64,000 bases of DNA from Candidatus Latescibacterota bacterium (GTDB lineage Bacteria > Latescibacterota > UBA2968 > UBA8231). A program made the position numbers and the translations under genes. The stretch covers positions 2,592,001 to 2,656,000 of the forward strand of contig OY730476.1 of assembly GCA_963422735.1 (NCBI GenBank), in the 5' to 3' direction. Below are positions 48,311 through 58,612 of this stretch, piece by piece (the first letter of the stretch is position 1; the number at the start of each line of letters is the position of its first letter). The notes under the pieces are model-generated. The model did no database searches. It had not been told where the DNA came from and worked only from the letters and a program-made list of their open reading frames with translations.

Positions 48311-50277
48311 TGACCGACGAGTTGACTAGCTACCGCGACCTGATGCAGGCCCCGACGCGCTTTCGCGAGGGCTTTACTGTGCGCACTGTGGCCGGGGCGT
48401 TTTTCGTCGGCTTTATCATGATGCCCGGTGCCATTTACATGGGCCTGATTGCCGGCGCATCGTTCGGCGCGGCCGCCGAGTGGGTGACCATCATCCTGTT
48501 TTCCGAACTGGCGCGGCGTTCCTTTTCCTCGCTGACGCGCCAAGAGATTTACCTGATCTACTACATTGCCGGTGGCTTGGCTGGCGTCATCGGCGGCACC
48601 ATGCTGGCCGGGGGACCGTTTGGACAACTCGTGTGGAACCAGTACCTCGCGCAGTCGCAGGCTGCGGCTGGGTTTGGCATTGCTGAGCACATCCCGGAAT
48701 GGATCGCGCCGCCTGTCGGTTCAGATGCGCTGGTCGGGCGCAGCTTTTTGCACCGGGCGTGGATTCCGCCGGTAGCCGTGCTAGTCGCCTCGCAGGTTTT
48801 GTCGCGGGTTGAGTGGTTCACGCTCGGCTACATCCTCTTTCGGGTCACGTCCGATGTAGAGCGCTTGCCCTTCCCGTTGGCACCAGTAGCCGCGCAGGGG
48901 GCGACGGCCCTTGCCGAGAGCGACGAGGGGCAGGATAGCTGGCGGTGGCGGGTTTTCTCGGTGGGCATGGGGATTGGTTTACTGTTCGGCGCGGTGTACG
49001 TGGGCTTGCCCGCGCTGACTGGATTGATCGCCAGCGATCCCATCGTCCTGTTGCCTATTCCTTGGATTGATCTCACTCGGACTACAGAAGAGTTTTTACC
49101 GGCCGCACCCTTGGGCATTGGTACGGACCTAGGCTTGGTGCTGTTGGGGATGGTGCTGCCGTTTTGGATAGTCGTCGGTACATTTGCCGCGGCCATGGTC
49201 CACGCCTTGGGCAGCCCGGTTCTCTATCAAGTCGGCGCGCTGACGCACTGGCGGCCGGGCATGGACGCGATTCTGACGAATTTCGCCAACGACATCGACG
49301 TGTGGATGAGCGTGTACATTGGCGCGGGGGCGGCCGTGGGCGCGATTGGCTTGTTGCACGCCGTGCTGTCGGTGCGGGCCTCGCGCCGTCAGGGCAGGCA
49401 CCGCCCGTTACAGGATACGCCGGCCGGGCGGGGCGACTTCCCGTTGTGGATAGCGATTGTCGGATATGCACTATCGACGTTGGCCATGATCTGGCTCTGC
49501 GTGTTGCTCCTAGACGACGACGAATTTCCGCTGATCTTTTTGCTGATCTTCGGCTTCGTGCTGACGCCGGTGATTTCGTACGTCAATGCGCGCATGGCCG
49601 GGTTGACGGGGCAGTTGGTCAGTTTCCCGCTACTGCGCGAAGGCGCTTTTATCTTGAGCGGCTACAAAGGCATAGATATATGGTTCGCGCCCATTCCATA
49701 CGCCGACCACGGCCGGCGCGCTCAGCTCTTCCGCGAAGTGGAGCTGACCGGCACGCGCTTCTCGTCGATTATCAAGGCCGAGCTGTTGCTGTTGCCGCTG
49801 AGCTTGGTCTGCGGCTTTGTGTTTTGGTCGCTAGTCTGGCAGATGGAGCCGATTCCCTCGCCGACCTTCCAATACGCCCAGACGTATTGGCACCTCATTG
49901 CGTTGCGCCAGTGCTTGTGGTACTCGGCGACTTTGGGCGGGGAGACCTTGTTCGACCAAGCTATTAAGGGGTGGTGGATCTTGGGCAGCTTTGTGCTGGC
50001 CGGGGGTACTTTTGGATTTATGTCGTGGTTGGGGTTGCCGATTTCGCTGGTGTACGGGTTTGTGCGCGGCCTTTCGGGTCTGCCGCACTTGCTGATCCCC
50101 GAGATGGCCGGTGCCCTGCTGGCGCGCTATTGGCTGGAGCCGCGCTTTGGGACTCAGCAGTGGCGGCAGTACGCGCCGGTGTTGTTGGCTGGATACGCTT
50201 GCGGGATGGGCTTGGTGGGCATGTCGGCCGTGGCCATTGCCTTAATATCCAAGTCGGTGACCCAATTGCACTATTGA
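48310..50277 (+). CDS. OPT-superfamily-like peptide transporter
   Basis: TAATG overlap; EGFTVRTVAGA, EWVTIILFSE, DVERLPFPLAPV; very hydrophobic. Confidence 0.7.
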   Translation: MTDELTSYRDLMQAPTRFREGFTVRTVAGAFFVGFIMMPGAIYMGLIAGASFGAAAEWVTIILFSELARRSFSSLTRQEIYLIYYIAGGLAGVIGGTMLAGGPFGQLVWNQYLAQSQAAAGFGIAEHIPEWIAPPVGSDALVGRSFLHRAWIPPVAVLVASQVLSRVEWFTLGYILFRVTSDVERLPFPLAPVAAQGATALAESDEGQDSWRWRVFSVGMGIGLLFGAVYVGLPALTGLIASDPIVLLPIPWIDLTRTTEEFLPAAPLGIGTDLGLVLLGMVLPFWIVVGTFAAAMVHALGSPVLYQVGALTHWRPGMDAILTNFANDIDVWMSVYIGAGAAVGAIGLLHAVLSVRASRRQGRHRPLQDTPAGRGDFPLWIAIVGYALSTLAMIWLCVLLLDDDEFPLIFLLIFGFVLTPVISYVNARMAGLTGQLVSFPLLREGAFILSGYKGIDIWFAPIPYADHGRRAQLFREVELTGTRFSSIIKAELLLLPLSLVCGFVFWSLVWQMEPIPSPTFQYAQTYWHLIALRQCLWYSATLGGETLFDQAIKGWWILGSFVLAGGTFGFMSWLGLPISLVYGFVRGLSGLPHLLIPEMAGALLARYWLEPRFGTQQWRQYAPVLLAGYACGMGLVGMSAVAIALISKSVTQLHY

Positions 50278-50283
50278 CGCCCG

Positions 50284-51267
50284 TCAGCCGCGCAGGGCTT
50301 GGCGGAGGCCAAAAGCGCACTTAATCCAGCGGCTCTTGTAGCCGACAACCGCGTAGTACGGCACTAAATCGCAGCCAAAGCCGCGTTTGAAGAAGGCGAT
50401 GCTCGGTATATTGGCACCGACGAAGTCAAAGCATTTGTGATCGACCGCGTCCCAGTACTGCCAGTACAACAGCGAGATCGCGCCCGTGTGGTTGTAAGCA
50501 GGGTCGGCTCCTGCGGCCCAAGCATAGGTGGTGTCGAAGCCCTCGACAAAGGCGACGACCGCGGCCGGCCCGTCCGGGGAGGCGATTGCGTACGCCTGGG
50601 CCAGACCAGCCTCTAGGGCCGCGGCGACAAAGCGCTCGGCTGTGGCCGTGGCGACCGGGGGGCCGCCAGCTTGGTTGGCGTAGATGGCCTCGTACTGCCG
50701 CCGAAATAGTGCGACATCGCTAGTGGGCCGCAGTTGGTAGCCGAGTTTTTCAGCCTTGCGAATGGCAGTGCGCGTGCGGCGCTCGGCTCGCTCCCATAGT
50801 GCGTTGCTATCGCCGAGAGGCAGCCTATAGGTATAGCGCAGGTGCGCGTCGCAGCCCTGCCAGGTGAAGGGGCGCACATCGGCGATGGCCGGCGCGTGGG
50901 ATAGGAAGACGCGGTCGTAGTGCTTGGCGAGATGGTCGAGCAGGTGCGCACAAGCGCGGTGTTGAGCCGCTTCGCCTTTGGCTGGTCCCTTGCCGGCTAC
51001 CGGGGCGAGCAGCAGGCCGGTGTAAGGCGTCAGCTCGGGAGTTTCGAGGCGGTAGAGGCCCATGCGTCGGCGAGCTAGGCCGCTGATGCCAGCGACGAGA
51101 TGGCCATTGCGGTAGCAGCCGAGGCGGTGAATTTGGCCGCCAGCGGCCGTGGCTGCACAGCAAAGCCACTCGCTGGTGGAAAATACAGTGCCGCCGATGG
51201 CTTGGCGGACGAAGGCGTCCCAAGCGGTATCGTCGGCGACGAGGCGGATTTCAAAGGTATCGGCCAC
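50284..51267 (-). CDS. GNAT family (FemAB/BioF2-like) acyltransferase
   Basis: WDAFV...GTVF; RTAIRKAEK; FDFVGA...FFKRGFG. Confidence 0.8.
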   Translation of the reverse strand: MADTFEIRLVADDTAWDAFVRQAIGGTVFSTSEWLCCAATAAGGQIHRLGCYRNGHLVAGISGLARRRMGLYRLETPELTPYTGLLLAPVAGKGPAKGEAAQHRACAHLLDHLAKHYDRVFLSHAPAIADVRPFTWQGCDAHLRYTYRLPLGDSNALWERAERRTRTAIRKAEKLGYQLRPTSDVALFRRQYEAIYANQAGGPPVATATAERFVAAALEAGLAQAYAIASPDGPAAVVAFVEGFDTTYAWAAGADPAYNHTGAISLLYWQYWDAVDHKCFDFVGANIPSIAFFKRGFGCDLVPYYAVVGYKSRWIKCAFGLRQALRG

Positions 51268-51337
51268 AGGGAATTTCGCAGTTGGTGTTCAATACGCAAG
51301 GTAAATTGGGGCAGGAGGGGCGATTCCGCCACATCGC

Positions 51338-51366
51338 TTGACATTCCCCTTGGTGCGCCCTATATT
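51338..51366 (+). promoter_or_regulatory. sigma70 promoter of the ilvC-leu operon
   Basis: TTGACA-17 nt-TATATT. Confidence 0.75.
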
Positions 51367-51419
51367 GAAATTTTTATGAATTGAAAGCTAACTGCTTGGA
51401 TTACTTAGATTTAATGCCA

Positions 51420-51527
51420 ATGAGTGCGCCGTTCCAACTCCCGCGTATTTTCCGCCCGACGCCAGTGTGGGTGCGCCTCCGACTTCTCCTCCTTGACCTA
51501 CTTATTATTGGCCGTCTGGTCAAGTAG
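51420..51527 (+). promoter_or_regulatory. putative branched-chain amino-acid leader peptide (attenuator)
   Basis: MSAPFQLPRIFRPTPVWVRLRLLLLDLLIIGRLVK*, between the promoter and ilvC, with overlapping alternative hairpins. Confidence 0.7.
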
Positions 51528-51648
51528 GCTTCGCTCCTCGTTCCATTTTCGACAGCACGATTAACGGACGAAGCCGCTGCAACGCGCAGGCTGTCAGCTA
51601 ACTATGTCTATAAAACAATCTCAACGCCCTCAGTGAAGGAGAATTTTC

Positions 51649-52641
51649 ATGCAGATGTACTACGACAACGACGCCAACCTCGATCTGCTCTCGGACAAAA
51701 CCGTAGCCGTCATAGGCTACGGCAGCCAAGGTCACGCGCATTCGCTCAACCTTGCGGAGAGCGGCGTCAAGGTGGTGGTGGGCCTACGCGCGGGTAGCCA
51801 GCGGTGCGCTGAGGCCGAGGCCGCCGGGCTGGAGGTGGCCAACGTGGCCGAGGCCAGCAAGCGGGGCGATATCGTGGTGATCTTGATCAACGACGAGGTC
51901 CAGAAAGCCGTGTACGAAGCCGATATTCGTCCCCATCTCGAAGCGGGCAATGCCCTCGCCTTTGCCCACGGGTTTAACATCCACTTTGGGCAGGTCGTGC
52001 CGCCGGCCGATGTCGATGTGTTCATGGTCGCGCCCAAAGGGCCGGGGCACTTGGTGCGCCGCGTGTACCAGCAGGGGGGTGGCGTGCCGGGCTTGTTGGC
52101 CGTTTACCAAGACGCCACCGGCCGAGCGCACGAGGTTGGCTTGGCCTATGCCAAGGGGATTGGCTGCGGCCGGGCCGGGGTTATTGAAACGACCTTCCGC
52201 GAGGAGACCGAGACCGACTTGTTCGGCGAGCAGGTGGTGCTGTGCGGCGGTTTGACCGAGCTGATCCGCGCTGGGTTCGACACGCTCGTCGAGGCCGGAT
52301 ACCAGCCCGAGGTCGCTTATTTCGAGTGTTTGCACGAGGTCAAGCTGATCGTCGATCTGATCTACGAGGGCGGCATCGCCAACATGCGCTCGTCGATTTC
52401 GGATACCGCAGAATTTGGCGACTTGACGCGCGGACAACGGGTGATCACCGAGCAGACGCGAGCAGCAATGAAGCAAATTCTCGCCGATGTGCAGAATGGT
52501 CACTTTGCGCGGGAATGGCTGGCCGAAAACCAAGTGGGCCGCCCGGTGTACAATGCGATCAAGCGCCGCGATTCCGAACACCTGATCGAAACCGTCGGCA
52601 CCCGACTGCGTGCAATGATGAGTTGGCTGGACGACAAATAG
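51649..52641 (+). CDS. ilvC: ketol-acid reductoisomerase
   Basis: [30 protein letters not shown]. Confidence 0.97.
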   Translation: MQMYYDNDANLDLLSDKTVAVIGYGSQGHAHSLNLAESGVKVVVGLRAGSQRCAEAEAAGLEVANVAEASKRGDIVVILINDEVQKAVYEADIRPHLEAGNALAFAHGFNIHFGQVVPPADVDVFMVAPKGPGHLVRRVYQQGGGVPGLLAVYQDATGRAHEVGLAYAKGIGCGRAGVIETTFREETETDLFGEQVVLCGGLTELIRAGFDTLVEAGYQPEVAYFECLHEVKLIVDLIYEGGIANMRSSISDTAEFGDLTRGQRVITEQTRAAMKQILADVQNGHFAREWLAENQVGRPVYNAIKRRDSEHLIETVGTRLRAMMSWLDDK

Positions 52642-52802
52642 GACCACCTGAAAGCCCGAAAGGAGGTAAGCGCGATGGAACCCCTACTTAGCGAGTTGAG
52701 TTCCGATCCCGACCTTATATCGGTAGGTGATCTCTAAACGGCTGGAGGGGATCGGCTACCACGCGTACCACCGCATCTGGCCCGCCTAGGAAAGAACACA
52801 TC

Positions 52803-54338
52803 ATGGCGAATGCAAATCGCGTATATATTTTCGACACCACGCTGCGGGACGCCGAGCAGACGCCCGGGGCCTCGCTGACGGCTAAAGAAAAGCTGGAAAT
52901 TGCCCACCAGTTGGCGCGGCTGAAAGTCGATATTATTGAGGCCGGCTTTCCGGTGTCCTCCAACGAGGACTTCGAGGCCGTGCGCCGCATTGGGCAGGAG
53001 GTCGAAGGGCCGGTAATCTGTGGGCTGGCGCGCGCCGTGCCCAAGGACGTTGAGCGAGCGGGTGCGGCCCTTCAGGGCGCAAGCCGGCCGCGGATCCACA
53101 CCTTTATTGGCACATCGGATATTCAGCTTGCGGGCCAACTGCGCAAGGACCGGGAAGAGGTGCTGAAAATGGCGGTAGAGTCGGTGAAGCAGGCCAAGTC
53201 GTACTGTGACGATGTCGAGTTTTCCCCCTTGGACGCCACGCGTACTGATCCTAGCTACCTCAACGAAATCATCGCGGCGACCATCGCGGCCGGGGCGACG
53301 ACGATCAACATTCCCGACACGGTGGGTTATGCCGTGCCCGAAGAGTTTGGGGTGCTGATCGCCCAGATCCTCGCCGAGGTGCCCAACAGCGACGCGGCGA
53401 TCATCAGCGTCCACTGCCACGACGATCTGGGCATGTCGGTAATCAACACGCTCTCCGCCATCAAAAACGGCGCACGCCAAGCCGAATGCACGATCAACGG
53501 CTTGGGCGAGCGGGCCGGCAATGCCTCGCTGGAGGAGATCGTTCTGGCGCTGAAGACGCGCCAGGACTATTTCAAATTTGACACCCAAGTGGTCACCGAG
53601 GAAATCGTTCCCACCAGCCGGTTGGTCAGCCGCTTGATGGGGATCGCGGTCCAGCCCAACAAGGCGATCGTCGGTGCCAATGCCTTTGCCCACAGCTCGG
53701 GCATCCACCAAGATGGAGTGCTCAAGCAGCGCGACACTTTTGAGATCATGGAGCCGAAAGACGTCGGGCTGGACGATACCGAGATCGTGCTGACGGCGCG
53801 CTCGGGACGCGCTGCTCTGCGCCATCGGCTGGAGGTTTTGGGCTACGAGCTGAACAAAGAAGAACTGGACAAGGTGTACGAGGATTTCGTCGAGTTGGCC
53901 GACAAGAAGAAGGAGGTCTTCGACGAGGACCTGATTGAGATCGTCGGCGACTCGGACGAAACGACCACCTACTACGAACTCCAGTACTTGCATTCGGTCA
54001 GTGGCACCGGTACGGTGCCCTCGGCCACGGTGCGCATGCGCATCGGCGACGAGACCGTCCAGCAGTCGTCTTGGGGCGACGGTCCGGTGGATGCGGCCTA
54101 TGCGGCCATTGGCATGGCCTGCGGCACTGAGGCCCGACTCGACGACTACGTCATCCGCGCCATTACCTCCGGCAGTCAAGCGCTGGGCGAGGTAACGGTG
54201 CATCTGTCGAAAAACGGAGAAAAGGCGCGGGGACGAGGGGTTTCAACCGACGTCATTGAGGCCAGTGCGAGGGCTTACGTGGATGCGCTGAACCGCTTGG
54301 TCGCCAAGAGCACCAAAGAATCACTCCAGACAGTATAG
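52803..54338 (+). CDS. leuA: 2-isopropylmalate synthase
   Basis: FDTTLRD.EQ, HCHDDLG, GERAGN, HQDG; C-terminal regulatory domain GPVDA. Confidence 0.95.
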   Translation: MANANRVYIFDTTLRDAEQTPGASLTAKEKLEIAHQLARLKVDIIEAGFPVSSNEDFEAVRRIGQEVEGPVICGLARAVPKDVERAGAALQGASRPRIHTFIGTSDIQLAGQLRKDREEVLKMAVESVKQAKSYCDDVEFSPLDATRTDPSYLNEIIAATIAAGATTINIPDTVGYAVPEEFGVLIAQILAEVPNSDAAIISVHCHDDLGMSVINTLSAIKNGARQAECTINGLGERAGNASLEEIVLALKTRQDYFKFDTQVVTEEIVPTSRLVSRLMGIAVQPNKAIVGANAFAHSSGIHQDGVLKQRDTFEIMEPKDVGLDDTEIVLTARSGRAALRHRLEVLGYELNKEELDKVYEDFVELADKKKEVFDEDLIEIVGDSDETTTYYELQYLHSVSGTGTVPSATVRMRIGDETVQQSSWGDGPVDAAYAAIGMACGTEARLDDYVIRAITSGSQALGEVTVHLSKNGEKARGRGVSTDVIEASARAYVDALNRLVAKSTKESLQTV

Positions 54339-54350
54339 AGGAGATTGGAG

Positions 54351-55769
54351 ATGGGCAAAACCCTGTTGCACAAGGTTTGGGACGCGCACACCGTGCGCGA
54401 ATTGCCCTCTGGGCAGACGCAGTTGTTCGTTGGCTTGCATCTGGTCCACGAGGTGACCAGCCCCCAGGCCTTTGAGATGCTGCGGGAGCGCGGCCTCACC
54501 GTCCGCTTCCCGGGGCGCACCTTTGCCACTGTGGATCACATCGTGCCCACGGACTTGGTGCAGCGGCCGTTTATCGACGACTTGGCCGAAGAGATGATGG
54601 ATGCGATTGAGCAGAATACCGCCGAGTTTGAGATTCCGCTGTTCAACATCGACGATCAGCGCCAGGGGGTGGTCCACGTCATCGGCCCGGAACTGGGGTT
54701 GACCCAGCCTGGCATGACCATTGCCTGCGGCGATAGCCACACTTCCACGCACGGGGCCTTTGGCGCGGTGGCCTTTGGCATTGGCACCAGTCAAGTGCGC
54801 GATGTGCTCGCCACCCAGTGCTTGGCCATGGATCCGATCAAGGTGCGGCGGATCGAAATTAGCGGTGCGCTGAGCGAGGGGGTGTACGCCAAGGACGTCA
54901 TCTTGCACATCATCGGGCAGCTCGGGGTCCATGGGGGCGTTGGCTACGGCTATGAGTACGGCGGCCCAGTCATCGAGGCCATGTCCATCGAAGAGCGGAT
55001 GACGGTGTGCAACATGTCGATTGAGGGCGGTGCCCGGGTCGGCTACGTCAATCCCGATCAGACGACGTACGACTATCTCAACGGCCGGCCTCACGCGCCG
55101 GCCAACTTTGAGCACGCGGTCGATTGGTGGAAGTCCATGGCTTCGGACGCAGACGCCGAGTACGACGACCTAGTCCAAATTGACGGCCGCGAGATCGGCC
55201 CGACCGTGACGTGGGGCATCACGCCGGGCCAATCAGTCGGCATAGACCAAGCCCTGCCCGATCTAGGCGCTTTTGCCGACGCCGACCGCCCCACCGTACA
55301 GGAGGCCTTCGAGTACATGGACTTTGAGTCGGGGCAGAAGATCGCCGGTACCAAAGTAGATGTGGCGTTTATCGGCTCCTGCACCAACGGCCGGCTCTCG
55401 GATCTGCGCGAGGCCGCCCGGGTTGCTCGCGGGCGTAAGGTGGCCCCTGGCGTCCGCGCTCTTGTGGTACCTGGATCGCAGCAGGTGCGGGCCGCGGCTG
55501 AAGCCGAGGGCCTGCACGAGATCTTCGCCGAGGCCGGGTTCCAGTGGCGGGGGGCCGGTTGTTCCATGTGCCTAGCGATGAACCCCGACAAACTGCAGGG
55601 CCGCGAACTGTGTGCCTCGTCGTCCAACCGCAATTTCAAGGGCCGGCAGGGCAGTCCCACCGGCCGCACCCTGTTGATGAGTCCGGCAATGGTCGCGGCA
55701 GCAGCGGTGGCTGGCGAGGTGGCGGACGTGCGGGAATTGGTGGGGCCGTTTGGGGATTGTCAAAACTGA
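54351..55769 (+). CDS. leuC: 3-isopropylmalate dehydratase large subunit
   Basis: [34 protein letters not shown]. Confidence 0.97.
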   Translation: MGKTLLHKVWDAHTVRELPSGQTQLFVGLHLVHEVTSPQAFEMLRERGLTVRFPGRTFATVDHIVPTDLVQRPFIDDLAEEMMDAIEQNTAEFEIPLFNIDDQRQGVVHVIGPELGLTQPGMTIACGDSHTSTHGAFGAVAFGIGTSQVRDVLATQCLAMDPIKVRRIEISGALSEGVYAKDVILHIIGQLGVHGGVGYGYEYGGPVIEAMSIEERMTVCNMSIEGGARVGYVNPDQTTYDYLNGRPHAPANFEHAVDWWKSMASDADAEYDDLVQIDGREIGPTVTWGITPGQSVGIDQALPDLGAFADADRPTVQEAFEYMDFESGQKIAGTKVDVAFIGSCTNGRLSDLREAARVARGRKVAPGVRALVVPGSQQVRAAAEAEGLHEIFAEAGFQWRGAGCSMCLAMNPDKLQGRELCASSSNRNFKGRQGSPTGRTLLMSPAMVAAAAVAGEVADVRELVGPFGDCQN

Positions 55770-55790
55770 CCGCGTGTAATGAAGGTAGCG

Positions 55791-56080
55791 ATGACAGGGA
55801 TGCTCAAAAGCAAGCTCGACGCCATCACGCAAGCCTGCAAACACTCGGTTGGATATCTTTGGATCGGCCCTGCGCGATGACTTCCATCCCGATCAGAGCG
55901 ACGTGGATCTATTGGTTGAACTTGGCCCGATGGAACCGTATGCGCGAGTCGATGCCTACTTCGGCCTGTTGGAAGACCTCAGAGCCATACTAGGATCTGG
56001 TCGTTTCAGGAGCCGTGAAGAACCGCTATATCGCTCGCGACATTGAGCAGACGAAGCAATTGTTGTATGCCGCGTGACGT
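55791..56080 (+). pseudogene. MNT (nucleotidyltransferase) antitoxin pseudogene plus stub of HEPN/DUF86 toxin
   Basis: IFGSALRDDF..DQSDVDLLVE with deletions/frameshifts, ending VKNRYIARDIEQTKQLLYAA*. An overlapping ATG reads MPRDV (typical DUF86 start) and then breaks off. Confidence 0.8.
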
Positions 56081-56253
56081 AAAAGGAGACAAATTTGATG
56101 AACGAATCAGCAATCCGAGCATAAAGAAAAGCTGACAGATTATTCAAGACTATTATCGGTGGGGAGGGGGGAGGCATACACGCACCGAGATCCCTCCGCC
56201 TGATCGAGAACCGAATCGGAGCTAGCCCTGCCCTGCCGTCATAGAATTACAGT

Positions 56254-56390
56254 ATGAATCGAAGAGAGGTCTTGCTTGATAAAGCTCGGCGAAATCCCAA
56301 TGGATTGTAATTCAGAGAGTTTGAAGGGCTCATGCGTCAATGCGGATGGACGCAACGCCGCCAGCGAGGAAGCCACCGTGCTTATTTCTT
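56254..56390 (+). pseudogene. hicA: HicA toxin pseudogene
   Basis: MNRREVLLDKARRNPNGL*FREFEGLMRQCGW...RGSHRAY; internal TAA and 3' truncation. Confidence 0.75.
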
Positions 56391-56415
56391 AGGCAATATA
56401 ATCAGGAGACAGAAA

Positions 56416-56649
56416 ATAAAAAATAGTACTCACGACGATTTCGATGTATTCACAGTCGAGATGTTCCTCGATGAAGACGGCGATTATCTTGCACATTTCG
56501 TCGAACTTCCCAATGTCTCGGCTTTCGGACAGACACCCGACGAGGCGCTGATTGAATTAAAAGCAGCATGGGAGTTAATGAAAGAATGCTACCGAGAGGA
56601 TGGTGTCTCTGTCCCCCGTACACGCACCGCGACCCTTCCGCCTGATTGA
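56416..56649 (+). pseudogene. hicB: HicB antitoxin with apparent ATG>ATA start mutation
   Basis: AGGAG RBS then ATA; DEDGDYLAHFVELPNVSAFGQTPDEAL.EL. Confidence 0.7.
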
Positions 56650-56725
56650 GGATTGAGCCACCTTGATGGTAAAATCGGTGTTTTGATGTGTCTTCTCCCC
56701 TACTGAAACGCTTTAAGGAGATCCA

Positions 56726-57319
56726 ATGGAAAACGCTATTAAAATTATAACCGGCCGCGGCGTGGTAGTGCGTGGGGCTGATATAGACACCGACCGCATC
56801 ATCCCGGCCCGCTTTTTGCGGACGGTGACTTTTGAGAATTTGGGTGCCTATGCCTTTGCCGACGATCGCACGGCCGGCGACCATCCTTTTGATCAAGTGC
56901 GCTTCCAAGGGGCGTCGATCTTGTTGGCCAATGCAAATTTTGGCTGTGGCTCCTCGCGCGAACACGCGCCGCAGGCCCTGATGCGCTGGGGGATTAAAGG
57001 TTTTGTCGCCGAGTCTTTTGCCGAGATTTTCTTTGGCAACTGCATCGCCATGGGACTGCCCTGTGTGCGGGTGGCGGCTGGGGACATGCAGGCGTTGATG
57101 GACGCGGTCGAGAGCGATCCAGCGCAGGAGGTGACTGTTGACCTCGAAGCGCGGCAGGTGTGCTGGGCTGGCGGCGAAGTCGCAGCCGAAATTGCCACTG
57201 GTCCGCGCGAGCAGTTTCTCAAGGGGAGTTGGGACTCGCTGGGCCAGCTTTTGGCCGCCAGCGACCAGATCGGCCAGACCGCCGCCCGCTTGCCCTATAC
57301 ACGCGCCTTCGCCGAATAA
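56726..57319 (+). CDS. leuD: 3-isopropylmalate dehydratase small subunit
   Basis: DIDTDRIIPARFL, NFGCGSSREHAP. Confidence 0.97.
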   Translation: MENAIKIITGRGVVVRGADIDTDRIIPARFLRTVTFENLGAYAFADDRTAGDHPFDQVRFQGASILLANANFGCGSSREHAPQALMRWGIKGFVAESFAEIFFGNCIAMGLPCVRVAAGDMQALMDAVESDPAQEVTVDLEARQVCWAGGEVAAEIATGPREQFLKGSWDSLGQLLAASDQIGQTAARLPYTRAFAE

Positions 57320-57482
57320 TGTTTTGGAAGGAGGTTAAAATGTCCGAAATCAAAATTTATGTAGCGGAACAACTCGATGGCTATACTTGTCGCCTCGAAC
57401 CGATCGAACCGAGGAGCAAAAATGCAGCCCGATGATCACTCATCCACATGGGTTGGTTATCCTTAACATGGGAGATAAATAA

Positions 57483-58541
57483 TTGCACAAAATCGCCGTA
57501 ATACCCGGAGACGGAACAGGGCCTGAAGTGGTGGTCGAGGGGCTGAAAGCACTCGACGCAGTGGCCGCCAAATGGGGATTCAAATACGAGACCGTGGAAT
57601 TCGACTTTGGCGGTGACCGCTACTTGCGCACCGGCGAGATCTTGCCCGACTCGGCGGCCGACGACTTTAGGCAGTTCGATGCCATTTACCTAGGGGCCAT
57701 TGGCCACCCCGACGTGAAGCCGGGTATCCTCGAAAAGGGCATTCTACTGAGGCTGCGCTTTGAGTTGGATCAGTACATCAATCTCCGCCCGGTCAAGCTC
57801 TATCCCAATGTGCCGACGCCAATCAAGGACAAGGGGCCAAAGGATATCGACTTTGTGGTGGTGCGCGAAAATACCGAGGGGCTGTACGCCGGTTCTGGTG
57901 GCTTCCTCAAAAAGGGTACGCCCGACGAGATCGCAGTGCAGGAGTCGATCAACACCCGCAAAGGCGTCGAGCGCTGCCTGCGCTATGCCTATGAGTACAC
58001 CCAGCGACGCAACAAGGACAACACCTTGACGCTGTGCGGCAAAACCAACGTGCTCACGTATGCCTTCGACCTGTGGGAGCGGGCATTCCACGAAATCGGC
58101 GCGGCCGACTATCCTTCCATCAAGCGCGACTACGCCCACGTTGATGCCATCTGTATGTGGATGGTCAAAAACCCCGAGTGGTTCGACGTGGTGGTCACCG
58201 ACAACATGTTTGGGGACATCATCACGGACTTGGGCGCGATGATCCAGGGCGGAATGGGCATTGCCGCTGGCGGCAATATCAACCCCGAAGGGGTATCGAT
58301 GTTTGAGCCAATCGGCGGCTCTGCCCCCAAGTACACCGGCCAGAATAGTATCAATCCGCTGGCTGCCATCGGCGCTTGCCAGCTCATGCTCGACACGCTT
58401 GGCGAGCGCGAGGGTGCCAACATTTTGGAGGGTGCTATCGTCTCGACGCTGGGTAAGCTCGACGATATGGGAGCGGGGAGAATGGGGTATTCCACCGCGG
58501 AAGTCGGCGATTTGGTGGCGCAAGCCGTAGCCGACGCTTGA
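57483..58541 (+). CDS. leuB: 3-isopropylmalate dehydrogenase
   Basis: IPGDGTGPEV, NLRP, VRENTEG, NMFGDIITD, FEPIGGSAP; leu operon context. Confidence 0.92.
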   Translation: MHKIAVIPGDGTGPEVVVEGLKALDAVAAKWGFKYETVEFDFGGDRYLRTGEILPDSAADDFRQFDAIYLGAIGHPDVKPGILEKGILLRLRFELDQYINLRPVKLYPNVPTPIKDKGPKDIDFVVVRENTEGLYAGSGGFLKKGTPDEIAVQESINTRKGVERCLRYAYEYTQRRNKDNTLTLCGKTNVLTYAFDLWERAFHEIGAADYPSIKRDYAHVDAICMWMVKNPEWFDVVVTDNMFGDIITDLGAMIQGGMGIAAGGNINPEGVSMFEPIGGSAPKYTGQNSINPLAAIGACQLMLDTLGEREGANILEGAIVSTLGKLDDMGAGRMGYSTAEVGDLVAQAVADA

Positions 58542-58612
58542 GATGGTTTTGGAGACATGACCGGGGTTCCACTCTCATCCACGAAGGGCACGAGGGAATG
58601 CGAAGAAAAGAC

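Noticed and set aside
55770-56725. Integron cassette array or IS element carrying the TA genes
   Set aside because: I could not identify attC-like palindromes, terminal inverted repeats, an integrase or a transposase by eye.
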